From an uncultured delta proteobacterium (lineage in GTDB: Bacteria; Desulfobacterota; Zymogenia; Zymogenales; Zymogenaceae), in the NCBI GenBank assembly GCA_963792965.1, contig CAWBYW010000018.1, positions 91,262 through 155,261 of the forward strand: a DNA stretch of 64,000 nucleotides. Reading direction: 5' to 3'. The notes beneath the pieces were generated by a model. The model was given only the letters and a program-made list of their open reading frames with translations, was not told the DNA's origin and searched no databases. Below are positions 39,372-52,483 of this stretch, in pieces. Each line of letters starts with the position of its first letter. The stretch's first letter is position 1. The position numbers and the translations under genes were made by a program.

Positions 39372-40565
39372 CTACCCGACAACCGCCGACATGACCACGT
39401 CCGAAAGCCGCTGGAGCCTCAAAAAGCTCCTTCCTTCTTCCATCAGGCCCGCCGAGAGGAAAATGAAGCTGAGGTCCCTTTCGGGGTCGATCCAGAACAT
39501 GGTGGAGCCTGCCCCCAGCCCGCCGTACGTCCCGGGTGAGGTGCCCAGGCCGAAGGGATGCGGAAAGTAGGAGCCCTCTCCCCTCAGAAAGAAGCTCAGC
39601 CCGAGGTATGCCGGGTACTGGGGCCATCCGTACATCTCGCGCATGTAGTCGAGCAGATGGTTGACCATCGTCCCGGTCTGGTTTGTCGTGGCAAGCTTTA
39701 TCGTCTCCGGGCTCAAGATCCGCGCGCCGTTCAGCTCTCCGCCGCGCCGTAGCATTTCGGCAAAAAGATAGATGCCGTGCGCCGTCGAGACGCCTCCACC
39801 GGCCGGTAGCTCCATCTCCTCGTTGGACAAAAAATTCATGGCCTCGATCAGCGAGGGATCGAAAATACCGGGGGTCTTGTCCCTCATGACGACGGGCACG
39901 ATCCTTTCCTTGAAGCGATCCAGCAGCGTGAAGGACGTGTCTTTCATGCCGAGCGGCAGGAACACGTCTTCCATCAATATCTGGCGAAACGGGCGCTTCT
40001 TCTCATCGAGCCGCTGCACCATGGCCGCGACGATCGCGTGCGCCGTCGTTGCGTTATAAGTCATCAGGGTTCCGGGAAGATAGAGCACGCGCTCGTTTGA
40101 AAGCGTGGCAACAACCTGCTCTATGACGCCGAGCTTATCCAGTGGAAGGGTAAAGGGGATCTCCGTGTTCAACCCGCTGGTATGAGTAAGAATGTTCCAT
40201 ACGGTGATGTTCTGTTTTCCCTTGATGCCGAATTCCGGGATAACGTCCCTAATCGGGGTGGTCAGATCGAATTTCCCCCGCTCGATGTCCATCAGCACCC
40301 TCACCACGGTCATCTGCTTGGTGAGCGACATGATAAAGAAATAGTCGTCGATTTTTGCGGGGCGCTTTTTTGCGAGGTCGGTGCTTCCCACCGCCTCGTA
40401 CGCCACAATCGTTCCGTGCCGCGCCACAATGTACACGGCTCCGTCGTACAGGCCCGCGGACGTGTCCTGTTCGATGACATTCTTCAAGCGCTCGAGGCGC
40501 TCGGGGTCAAGGCCGAGCTTTCGAATTTCCGCGGCGTCAGGCTTTACCTGTTTTGTCTGTGACAT
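39372..40565 (-). CDS. Serine hydrolase, beta-lactamase class C-like fold (family VIII esterase-like)
   Basis: SLTK (SxxK), LTHTSG, YN, PLGMKDT, WIDPERD. Confidence 0.85.
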   Translation of the reverse strand: MSQTKQVKPDAAEIRKLGLDPERLERLKNVIEQDTSAGLYDGAVYIVARHGTIVAYEAVGSTDLAKKRPAKIDDYFFIMSLTKQMTVVRVLMDIERGKFDLTTPIRDVIPEFGIKGKQNITVWNILTHTSGLNTEIPFTLPLDKLGVIEQVVATLSNERVLYLPGTLMTYNATTAHAIVAAMVQRLDEKKRPFRQILMEDVFLPLGMKDTSFTLLDRFKERIVPVVMRDKTPGIFDPSLIEAMNFLSNEEMELPAGGGVSTAHGIYLFAEMLRRGGELNGARILSPETIKLATTNQTGTMVNHLLDYMREMYGWPQYPAYLGLSFFLRGEGSYFPHPFGLGTSPGTYGGLGAGSTMFWIDPERDLSFIFLSAGLMEEGRSFLRLQRLSDVVMSAVVG

Positions 40566-40628
40566 AAGAAAACCTCCCTGTTATAGATAGTCGGACGGAA
40601 TAGATAAAATATGTTTGTAATGCCGCTA

Positions 40629-41552
40629 TTACTTGGTTTTTTTCTTTGGAGACTTGGCGGCATCCTTTTCCATGATCCACCGGTCAGGCGTGACCACCTT
40701 TTCAAAGCCCGTGCGTTTTGATTTTTCCTTTGCCAGACTTTTCATGCCCGACGCCGCCATGGATGAATAGAGCTTTCCGCTCAGCTTCGGGAAATTGCCT
40801 CCGAATCTGGATAGCCATCCCCTGTACGCCGGTATCGCGACTTCCAGTGGTTTTTTATTCAACACGTTATTCACTATGACCTTTTCTATGTCTTGGACCG
40901 TGAGGATCCGGGGCGCCGAAAAACCGACGGCCGCCGCTTTGTCCCCATAGATAAGCTGCGTCTGGAGCTTCGCGGTATTGACGAGATCGGGCTCGACGAG
41001 CGTTACGTAGATGCCGTGCGGCTTGAGCTCGTAATATGCCGCCAGCGAAAAGCCTCGTAGCGCGAATTTTGAGGCACTGTAAAGGCTGATACCGGGAACG
41101 GGGGCCAGGCCCGCCAGCGAGCACATATTGACGATGTGTCCGTACCCCTGCTTCAGCATCTGCTGGGCCGCGAACTTCGTTCCCAGTATCGCGCCTTTGG
41201 TGTTGATGTCGATATGGAGGTCGATATGCTCAAGGGGAAATTCTGTCAGAAAGCCCTGAACCGCAAACCCCGCGATGTTCATGCATACGTCAAGCTTGCC
41301 CCACTTCTTGATAATCAGGGACATCGCCGCCTGCCACTCGCCGGCCTTCCTGACATCCAGCTTTTTCAAGATCACGTGCTGCCGATCCCACTTTGATTCG
41401 TCCGCGCTTTTTTCCAGCGCGTCCGTGTTTACGTCCGTCGCCAGGATGTTGTAGCCTCGCCCGGCCAGCACCGTGGTCAGGTGCCGCGCGATTCCGCTTG
41501 CGCATCCGGTGATGAGCATAACCTGGTTAGCGTTTTCTTTCGTTTCTTTCAC
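40629..41552 (-). CDS. SDR-family oxidoreductase
   Basis: ITGCASGIA, NIAG, YSASK; GGAGG RBS. Confidence 0.88.
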   Translation of the reverse strand: MKETKENANQVMLITGCASGIARHLTTVLAGRGYNILATDVNTDALEKSADESKWDRQHVILKKLDVRKAGEWQAAMSLIIKKWGKLDVCMNIAGFAVQGFLTEFPLEHIDLHIDINTKGAILGTKFAAQQMLKQGYGHIVNMCSLAGLAPVPGISLYSASKFALRGFSLAAYYELKPHGIYVTLVEPDLVNTAKLQTQLIYGDKAAAVGFSAPRILTVQDIEKVIVNNVLNKKPLEVAIPAYRGWLSRFGGNFPKLSGKLYSSMAASGMKSLAKEKSKRTGFEKVVTPDRWIMEKDAAKSPKKKTK

Positions 41553-41859
41553 TTTCAGCCTCCGAATGATTAATAATAGGAAGAAATCTATCAGCCGTTC
41601 TCAATCACCGAGGGTTTGCAACACCGCATACGGCCGATTACCCGGCCGCTTCATGGCATCCAAATACGTATGAAGTGCGTCCGTCGTGGCGGACCGCCTG
41701 AGCCCGATTCGATCGGGCGCCGCAGCTCCTGTGTATGCTCCTGACTTGTTTTCAACGTGTCTGATATATATTCGTGCGCCGCGATGTACGACAATCTCGC
41801 GTCGCTGCAACCTCGGAAGGCCCTTAGATCGGTTGGAGAATACCCATAGAGCGCATTGT

Positions 41860-41888
41860 ATTATAGTTTTTCAGTTTAATGGTGTCAA
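41860..41888 (-). promoter_or_regulatory. Consensus sigma70 promoter of the SDR/esterase operon
   Basis: TTGACA-N17-TATAAT, perfect match. Confidence 0.7.
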
Positions 41889-42363
41889 GAAAAACTTGGT
41901 CATATCGAAAATAGATTGGTTATATAAATATCTTATTGGTTATACGACCAATATTTTACATATCAATCCCATCCCGGCATTCATGAGCGCCTTCCTAATA
42001 GTCGAAAGCCTCCGATTCCGATGAATTATCGCACGGCCCGCGTCGCCTCGGGAAGGCCGCGGCGCTGATTCTTCCCGATGGATCTGCCACACCGATCAGA
42101 CTAGGTATTCTGAGCTGAACGGGTTTGCCATGCAGTTAAAAAATACGAGTGGGATTGAAAATATACTGATGTCATTACATTATCTTCAGGCGTGACCCGC
42201 TTAGGATCCGTGAGTCACTAACTTGGTTATGTGTATGAACGCACCAGTTAACACACCCTATCATTCCGTCAATTCCTACACACGAAACTAGCGTAAGTCC
42301 GTTAAATCAGTTAAGTATTGTTACACGAATTTCAGCACCTTCCTTTCCGATCGACTTAGAGAT

Positions 42364-42540
42364 CTGTGCCATATTTGTGCCAAAAATAGGTCGAAATAGG
42401 CACAAATAGACCGAAACAGATCGAAACAAAAAATCCCGAAAATCGAATGATATCAAATAAATATCAATGATTTCGGGAATTTGGAAAATTGACTTTTTCG
42501 CGTCCGGAGCGCTGTGCTCTATCCCCTGAGCTACGGGCGC
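42364..42540. repeat. Attachment site: arm region plus 41-bp tRNA-Arg 5' half
   Basis: TGTGCCA-TATT-TGTGCCA, 10-bp AAAYAG repeats, then 42500-42540 identical to 31158-31198. Confidence 0.85.
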
Positions 42541-42898
42541 GATGAAACAAGATCTTGAGAGAAAGGTTATCATACGCTTTCCTGTTAGTCAAACGTTCTT
42601 TGTCGTTTTTTATTGTTCCCGTTAAATAGTGGATCGCATCGACTGAAACCCACCCTAAACTTCCGGCACCCCCCGCATCCACTCACGCTCACGAGCGGTA
42701 AAAGTAGGCGTGGGTCGCTCGCGGCGGATATCCCCACAAACGCATACGGACGCCTCGGCGCGGCAGGGGCCCGATATACAGGCCGGTACCGGAAACACTA
42801 TCGGTTATTGGTGTCTTTTGCCGTTCGATCTATGTTATCTTGTTTTAAGCCTATGCTCGGAATAGTGAAGAATCTAAAACAATCCACAAAACGGGCAT

Positions 42899-42932
42899 AA
42901 AAAACCTCCCCCGCTTTTAAAAACGAGGGAGG
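42899..42932 (-). terminator. Putative terminator downstream of katG
   Basis: CCTCCCTCGTTTT/AAAAGCGGGGGAGG hairpin followed by a T-tract on the minus strand. Confidence 0.55.
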
Positions 42933-43032
42933 AGCATATCAATTGGCTTAATAAGAGATAAGTATTGTGTTTCTCCAGATCTCGACCCGCTCTCGATTTG
43001 GGCGCAACGCGGAAGAGCCGTCTCTGTTGCGA

Positions 43033-45719
<2,687 letters not shown>

Positions 45720-46171
45720 ATCCTAAATTGGAATGTTATCCTAAATAAGAATAATATAATAAAATAGAACCAATATCAACTCTAAATTGAAATTATGCGG
45801 CAACACCGAAGCCCAGGAAGGGGCCGACTGGATCATCAACCGGCTGGTATAGAACGGGATCAAGTCCCATATAGAAGGCTTGAGAGGCGATCTTGGATAA
45901 GTCTCTGCACCAAAGGCGATACGGATGGGCACGCGCGTAGGAGACAACGATCGATCCCGGATAACGACTAAGCTGCGAGATATCGCAGCTCTTTTTATTT
46001 TGATGTGCAACCGGAAGTCTTTCGAAAACCGGAGAATTATGACGCATTCTGGGGCATTTTAGGGCATCATAGGGAATTGAAAGTACGCTGATGGGCCTGA
46101 AAAAACCACCTAAATCCGTTAATTATTGTTATTCAGTTTTTGGCCCCTTCCCTTCTGATCTTCCCGAGAAT

Positions 46172-46348
46172 TTGTGCCATATTTGTGCCAAAAATAGATC
46201 GAAATAGGCACAAATAGACCGAAACAGATCGAAATAAGAAATCCCGAAAATCAAATGATATCAAATAAATATCAATGATCTCGGGAGTTTAGAAAATCGC
46301 TTGTATCGCGTCCGGAGCGCTGTGCTCTATCCCCTGAGCTACGGGCGC
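46172..46348. repeat. Attachment site: arm region plus 41-bp tRNA-Arg 5' half
   Basis: Close copy of 42364-42540; 46308-46348 identical to 31158-31198. Confidence 0.85.
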
Positions 46349-46721
46349 AAGACATCGGTTTTCGAGTGGTAGATACGATAACATAAAGAGGTACAATAGT
46401 CAAATACTCTGTAGCAAAGAAGGGAAACAAGTGAGCTTATTCCTGAATCATCGATGCATTTATAGAGAACTACCTATTCTCCGGTCAGAGTTCGATGAGC
46501 ACGGTCATAAGACGACCGCTTTGGGTATCGCTAAAACATATATCTGTGTGATATACGAATCTTTGGTAGAACGCGTAGATACCATGTCGTTGGGACGACC
46601 CTGAAAAGCAAATAGACGAGTCACAGATTTTAGCGTGGCGTCACTCTCCGTCCTATTGCCCGAATGTCGGAAGACGTAGATGAAGCAAGCGGGGACTATT
46701 CATATTGGCAGGTCCGTCGTG

Positions 46722-47738
46722 TCACGTCGACTGGCGAATAATGAACTCGTTGTCCAGCACGATGTCCTGGGTAGCGGCTTCGTGGTCTCCCTCAATACGG
46801 TCCAGCAACAGCTTGACGGCGATCGTGCCCATCTCTTTGGTGTTCTCGGATATCACGGTAAGGGGAGGCGAAAAGAGAGAAGACCACGGCGTGTCATCAA
46901 AACAGATGACCGATACGTCCCGGGGAATTTGTATGCCGCGCTCCCTGAGGATAGTAAGCCCAACCTCCGTCTTGCCCTGAGTCGAGCAGATAAGTCCGTC
47001 CATCGGCCCTCCCCTATCGAGAAATTCTCGAAACGCCCGCCCGATATTTTCCCGGTCGTGGTCTCTCACCGGGATGACGTGGGCTGATGTACCCGAATGA
47101 TCGGATACCGCCGCTTCAAATCCCGCCTTCTTCTGGTCACCGGAAAAGGTATGCTCGTCGTACCCCAAGAAAACGAGACGCGTCCGCCCCCTTACGATGA
47201 GGTGCTCGGCGGCCGTATAGGCCGCCCGGAAGTTGTCGGACCTTACCGCATCCGCGTCAAGCCCTTCGATCTTTCGGTTTATCTGGACAATGGTCGTCCC
47301 ATTTTTCTTGATAGAAGATAACTGGTCCCGGTTTGCCGGAGAGCACGGAACGAGCAGAATCCCGCTGATCCGCTTGGAAAGAAAGACGTCCAGCACCTCT
47401 TGCTCTCGTTTCGGATCTTCCTCGCTGGAGCACAACAGCAGCCCGTAGCGGTTCTCATGGGCGATCTCGTTGACCGCGTTGATGACCGGGGCAAAGAACC
47501 TGCTCATGACGGGAATGATAAGGCCGATCGTCTTTGCGTCCTTCATCTTGAGGGCCCGGGCCAGGGGATCCGGAACATAGCTGAGCTTCTTGATCGCCCG
47601 TTCTATCTTCTCGGAAAGCTCAGGAGACACATATCGGGTGCCGTTAATATAGGCCGAGACCGTTGCCCGCGAGACCCCCGCCAGGTCTGCCACATCAACG
47701 CTGGAGGGACGCTTCGATCTCTTTGCATGCTTATCCAT
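46722..47738 (-). CDS. LacI-family regulator
   Basis: DVADLAGVSRATVS, ARAL, IPRDVSVICFDD, PPLT. Confidence 0.92.
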   Translation of the reverse strand: MDKHAKRSKRPSSVDVADLAGVSRATVSAYINGTRYVSPELSEKIERAIKKLSYVPDPLARALKMKDAKTIGLIIPVMSRFFAPVINAVNEIAHENRYGLLLCSSEEDPKREQEVLDVFLSKRISGILLVPCSPANRDQLSSIKKNGTTIVQINRKIEGLDADAVRSDNFRAAYTAAEHLIVRGRTRLVFLGYDEHTFSGDQKKAGFEAAVSDHSGTSAHVIPVRDHDRENIGRAFREFLDRGGPMDGLICSTQGKTEVGLTILRERGIQIPRDVSVICFDDTPWSSLFSPPLTVISENTKEMGTIAVKLLLDRIEGDHEAATQDIVLDNEFIIRQST

Positions 47739-47798
47739 TAAGGCGATAACCTCTCAAGCTCGAAAGCTAATGCCGCGCGGGATTCCCCTCTCTTTCTA

Positions 47799-48815
47799 TC
47801 ACAGATCGACAAGTACTTTCAACACATTCGCGGTATCATCCATGAGGAGCCTGTATCCGTCGGCCCATTCCGAGAATGGCACGTGATGGGTCTGCAGGAT
47901 CTTCAGATCAACCCTTTGCCTCTCGACGAAGGCGACGGCGTCGTGGTAGTCGTCCCAGGTATACATGAGAGAGCCCTTCATGGTGATCTCCTTATCCTGG
48001 ACGAGGATCATCTTCACCTTCGGGGGCGATCCGTAGACCCCCACGATCACGACGTGTCCGCCGCGCCTCACGGTGGTAATGGCAAGGTCGGTGGCGGCCT
48101 CGCTCCCCGCGCATTCGAAGACGATATCGGGGCCGTGCCCGCCGAAGGACTCACGTAAGGCCGCCGCGTCCTCTTCGGAGGACCCGCCCCGGGCGTCAAA
48201 CCCGAGCTTTCGTAGCACCTCTCTCCTGAATGCGTTTCTTTCCAGCACGACTACCTTGCCCGGCCGATAAAGGCGTGCGACCTGGGCCGTGAGGTTACCG
48301 ATAGGCCCCCCGCCGATCACCAATACAGTCCTCTTCTCGATCGGAAGGGCCTTTTTAACGGCGTGAACGGCGACGGACAGGGGCTCGACCATAGCCGCGT
48401 CTTCGGGAGAGACTCCCTTACCCATCTTTACCGCATATCGGGAATCTATGAGAAAATACTCGCTGCCGCCTCCCTCAAGCGACCCCCCGATGAACCGCAG
48501 ATCATCGCACTGGGCAAACAGTCCCTCCTCACACCGGGGACACACCCCGCACCCAAGGGCGGGCTGCACCGTCACGAGGTCCCCCACCGAAAGACCCGAG
48601 ACGTCGGCCCCGACGTCATCGACAAAACCGGCAAACTCGTGTCCCTGGACAACGGGAAAGCTCACCAGCGGGTGTTTTCCCAGAAATACGTGAATGTCCG
48701 AGCCGCAGATTCCGATGCGGGCGACTCGTATCACGACCGAGCCCGGACCTGCCTTCGGTTTTTCCACATCCCGATAGAGGATTTCTTTCGGCCGGGGCAT
48801 ATAGGCCTGTCTCAT
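47799..48815 (-). CDS. Zn-dependent (MDR) sugar/polyol dehydrogenase
   Basis: GICGSD, GHE, CGVCPRC..C, GGGPIG. Confidence 0.9.
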   Translation of the reverse strand: MRQAYMPRPKEILYRDVEKPKAGPGSVVIRVARIGICGSDIHVFLGKHPLVSFPVVQGHEFAGFVDDVGADVSGLSVGDLVTVQPALGCGVCPRCEEGLFAQCDDLRFIGGSLEGGGSEYFLIDSRYAVKMGKGVSPEDAAMVEPLSVAVHAVKKALPIEKRTVLVIGGGPIGNLTAQVARLYRPGKVVVLERNAFRREVLRKLGFDARGGSSEEDAAALRESFGGHGPDIVFECAGSEAATDLAITTVRRGGHVVIVGVYGSPPKVKMILVQDKEITMKGSLMYTWDDYHDAVAFVERQRVDLKILQTHHVPFSEWADGYRLLMDDTANVLKVLVDL

Positions 48816-48840
48816 TGTTCACCCTCTCACGCGTGATTGT

Positions 48841-49971
48841 TTACTCTGCCATCGCATTCCGGAAAAGCTCGGCGATGTCAAGCAGGTCAATGGCGATGTT
48901 AAATCTTTCGGCCGCCCTTCTAAAAATTGTGAGGCAGTTCGGACAGGCGGTAACGAGCGTTTGTACTCCCTCCTCTCGTGCACCAGAGAGCCGCCGCCCG
49001 GCTATCTCCAGGGAGATATCGGGATCGGAAAGGAACATGACGCTCCCCGCCCCACAGCATTCGGCAAGCCTCCCGCTGTGAAAGAGCTCGACGGGGTCCT
49101 TTCCGGTCAGCGCCTTGATGACGAAGCGCGGCTCCTCCAAAATCCCCCCATGTCTTCCCAGGTGGCACGGGTCATGATATCCCACCGGGCCCTCCACGAC
49201 GCCGCTCGTCACCTTGACAGCTCCCCGGTCGATGATCCGGGCGAGGAATTCGGTGGTATGCAGGACTTCTATATCCCCACCGAGAGCGACGCCCATCTCC
49301 TTCCACTGATCCTTGAAGGCCCGATAGCTGTGGGCGCACCCGGTGACGATCTGACGCGGCTTCATTTCCGCGATGCTATCCCGGAGCAGCGTCGCCTGTG
49401 CGTGGGCCTCCTCAGTGAATCCCAGCTCGAAGAGCGATATGCCCGTGTCTATCTCGTTTTCTATCATCGTCCAGTCGGCCCCGAGCTTCGCAAGCAGGCT
49501 AGCTACCGATGCTGCGACGGCCGGCTGGTAAGCCCTGGTGGACCAGCCGCGATAGTAGAGGATCGCGGGGTTCGGTTTTCCGTAGATTCCTCCATCAATC
49601 TGTCTCGGCGTGCCGCCGTTTTCGGGATAACCCCGCTCTATAAAACCCCGGGCGATCGTGCGGACGCGTTCGGGAACCGCACCGATTTTGACGATGTCCT
49701 CCCGTGCGTTGCGCACCAGCTCGTCTTCAGGCCAGTGGTATGCACAGTCCTCGCGGCAGAGCCCGCACCGGGTGCACTGGTAGAATCGGTCGACGACGGC
49801 CTCGGACCAGCCGATCTTGCCCGCCTCGATCTCGGCCAGGAGGAGTGCGTATCCCCGGGGGGTATGGGAATCGAGCTTCGTCGCCAGAAAGGTCGGGCAG
49901 GCGTGGCGGCACATGAAGCAGTGTTTACAGCTCTTGATAGTCTCCCGTATGTCGGCAAGTCCCATATTCAC
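48841..49971 (-). CDS. GlpC/GlcF-like Fe-S protein with CCG domain
   Basis: CKHCFMCRHAC, CTRCGLCREDC, YHDPCHL, CCG, TACPNC. Confidence 0.85.
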   Translation of the reverse strand: MNMGLADIRETIKSCKHCFMCRHACPTFLATKLDSHTPRGYALLLAEIEAGKIGWSEAVVDRFYQCTRCGLCREDCAYHWPEDELVRNAREDIVKIGAVPERVRTIARGFIERGYPENGGTPRQIDGGIYGKPNPAILYYRGWSTRAYQPAVAASVASLLAKLGADWTMIENEIDTGISLFELGFTEEAHAQATLLRDSIAEMKPRQIVTGCAHSYRAFKDQWKEMGVALGGDIEVLHTTEFLARIIDRGAVKVTSGVVEGPVGYHDPCHLGRHGGILEEPRFVIKALTGKDPVELFHSGRLAECCGAGSVMFLSDPDISLEIAGRRLSGAREEGVQTLVTACPNCLTIFRRAAERFNIAIDLLDIAELFRNAMAE

Positions 49972-51410
49972 TCTCCCAACCCGAGTTTACCGGGGTTCAT
50001 GATGTTGTTCTTGTCAAGCGCCCTTTTAATGTTCAGCGCCAGTTCGTAATTTTCCCCGTAGATTCTCCTCATCATGCGGCCGCACTTGAGCCCGATGCCG
50101 TGGTGCTCGTTGACGACTCCTCCGTTCTGGACGGATGCCACGACGGCGGCGTCGAGAATCTTGTTATAGAGGGCAAGGGCCTCGCGCTCGTCTTCGGGAA
50201 AGCGTTTGAGAAGAAATGTTGGATAAAAGCATGTTCCCCAGTCGTACCAATGGGAGAAATGGGCGTGGAACTCCGCGTCCCATTCGGCAAATCCTTCCTC
50301 GACGGCCCTTTTCATCTCCCGGTAGATCAGCTCGATATCCTCGTAGGGTGCGACGGTATCGGTGACGGCCGTCATCCAGGGGTACGCGATGTAGTCGTTG
50401 GGGGGGTAGTAGGATTTATAGCGCCCCTCCCACCACTTTGTGCCCGGTCCCTCTCCGAGGTCCTTGGCACCCGCCCTCCGGAGGATCTCATCGGCCGCTC
50501 CTTTTTGAGCGTCCACCACTTCTCCTATTCCGTCAAAACCGATGAGCATAACGCAGCCTTCTTCCTCGACGCCGAACTGCTGTTTCATGATGTGCCGCGT
50601 ATCCTTTTCGTCGTAGAGCCGCATAAGGCACGGCAAGAGGCCGTTTACCATGATCCTTCTTCCCGCCTCGATGCCCTCCTTCAGGTTGGGAAGCAGAAAA
50701 CCCCAGAATATCCGCTTTTCCGGCAGTGGGTGGATCTTGCAGAGCGCCTCCGTGACGATGCCGAGCGTTCCTTCGGCGCCGAAGAAGAGACGCGAATAGT
50801 CGGGACCCGTGGAATGGAGCCGTACCGGAAGGCTCTTGAAAACCGTGCCGTCCGGTAGAACCACCTCCAGCTGGTGGACCATATCGATCATCTTCCCGTA
50901 TTTTGACGAGAGCACCCCGGTGCCGTTTGTGGAGATGAACCCCCCCAGGGTAGAGGTGGTAAAGGATGCCGGGAAATGATTCATCGTATATCCTCTGCGA
51001 TTCAAACGCTCCTCAAGGTGTTTCTGGATAATGCCGGTCTGAACCCTGGCGGTCAACGAGCGCTCGTTTATCTCAACGATCCGGTCCATCCTTTTCAGGT
51101 CGACGACGATACCCCCCGTGACCGGGGACGTGCCGCCGGCGTCTCCGGCCCCGCCCCCCCGGGGAATAACCGGCACCTTGTGCTCATTGCAGAATTTCAC
51201 GATTTCACACACCTCCCCGGTGTTCTCCGGGAAGATGATGGCCCAGGGCTTCGGGAAGTCGAAATTGGTAAACTTCCAGAACCGTGTCACCCACCACACG
51301 TCCAGCGACTGGGCCTCGATTTCCGCGATGTCCGTAACGATGCGGTCAGGCCCGACGATTCGTCCCAGCTCGTAGCGGAGCATCTCCTGATAGAAGCTTG
51401 TCTTTTCCAT
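49968..51410 (-). CDS. FAD-binding oxidoreductase (GlcD/alkyl-DHAP-synthase-like, VAO/PCMH family)
   Basis: PRGGG, STLGG, GAEGTLGIVT, HFSHWY, EHHGIG, MNPGK. Confidence 0.87.
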   Translation of the reverse strand: MEKTSFYQEMLRYELGRIVGPDRIVTDIAEIEAQSLDVWWVTRFWKFTNFDFPKPWAIIFPENTGEVCEIVKFCNEHKVPVIPRGGGAGDAGGTSPVTGGIVVDLKRMDRIVEINERSLTARVQTGIIQKHLEERLNRRGYTMNHFPASFTTSTLGGFISTNGTGVLSSKYGKMIDMVHQLEVVLPDGTVFKSLPVRLHSTGPDYSRLFFGAEGTLGIVTEALCKIHPLPEKRIFWGFLLPNLKEGIEAGRRIMVNGLLPCLMRLYDEKDTRHIMKQQFGVEEEGCVMLIGFDGIGEVVDAQKGAADEILRRAGAKDLGEGPGTKWWEGRYKSYYPPNDYIAYPWMTAVTDTVAPYEDIELIYREMKRAVEEGFAEWDAEFHAHFSHWYDWGTCFYPTFLLKRFPEDEREALALYNKILDAAVVASVQNGGVVNEHHGIGLKCGRMMRRIYGENYELALNIKRALDKNNIMNPGKLGLGE

Positions 51411-51437
51411 CTAAAATCCCTTTTGTCCTCGCGATAA

Positions 51438-52446
51438 TTACAGGGCGCTGGAAACAGGCGCCCACGTGATGGGTATATCGGCCTTTGCCGCTATCTCGGC
51501 AAGCCACGCCATGGTCTTTGCCTCGTCCTTGATGGAGGGAATCGGCTCCTTTCCCAGTCTCACGCAGTCGATGAAGTGCCTCAGCTCGCCGACGTATCCG
51601 TTGAAGACGTGGCTCTGGTTATTGCTGATCGGGTTCCAGTCTGAGGTCCAGGTCCGCCCGATTTCCTCGGTATAGGAGGTCACCTCCCGGGCGTTCGTGA
51701 TGATCACCCCCTTCCCCTTGTCGCTCACGATCTCGATGCGCTCGGCAAACTGTCCCGGTCCCCCGTATGTCCCCCATCCGAGGGTCCCGACCGCGCCACT
51801 CTTGAACCTGATCATCGCCACGAGCGCGCCGGTGCTTTTGCCCGTCTTGTGGGACATCGCCTCCACTGCCTTGATCTCTCCGCCGAATGAGATGACGGAG
51901 TCGAGGTTGTGGCACTGCCATTCCAGCATACAGGTATAGAACGTGGGAAAAACGGTGAACCCATGCATCTTGCTCTCGATCTGAATAATGTTTCCGAACT
52001 CTTTCTTGTCCGAGATGATTTCTCGGGCGTGTCTATACGCCAGGCCGTGGCGTTTCTGGTGGCCTACCTGGACTATCTTGCCGCTCTTCTTTGAGGCCGC
52101 AAGGATCTTCTCGGTGCCAGCCATGTCTATTGAGGAGGGTTTTTCGAGAAATACCGGAAGGCCCATCTCCAACACCTGGGGGACGACCTCGGGGTGCCCC
52201 TTCGCCCCGAGGCATACGATGACGCCGTCGAGGTCCTCATCGCGTACCATCTGCCGGTAATCGGTGTACGTCTTTTCCCACCCGTATTTACCTGCCAGCC
52301 TCTCGGCCCGATCGGGACGCAGGTCGCAGACCGAAACACGCGCCACGTCGTCAAAAAAGTGAAGGGACAGGCTCGGAAACAGATTCGCTTCCGCAAAGGT
52401 CCCGGCCCCGATGATCCCGAGTCGAAACGTCTTTCTTCTTTACCAC
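51438..52446 (-). CDS. Gfo/Idh/MocA oxidoreductase (extra A near the 5' end)
   Basis: AAGGAGG RBS and GTG at 52446 give MVKKKTFRLGIIGAG after removing one A; EKP motif, VGHQKR. Confidence 0.82.
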
Positions 52447-52483
52447 TTTTTCCTCCTTAAGCTCGGCCCGTCAGGAAAGGGAA

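Noticed and set aside
39372-40565. Beta-lactam resistance gene
   Set aside because: No signal peptide and no KTG motif; SDR neighbours favour a family VIII esterase
42383-42430. CRISPR-like array in the short repeats
   Set aside because: Units are 10 bp with no spacers and there are no cas genes; no CRISPR array was seen anywhere in the window
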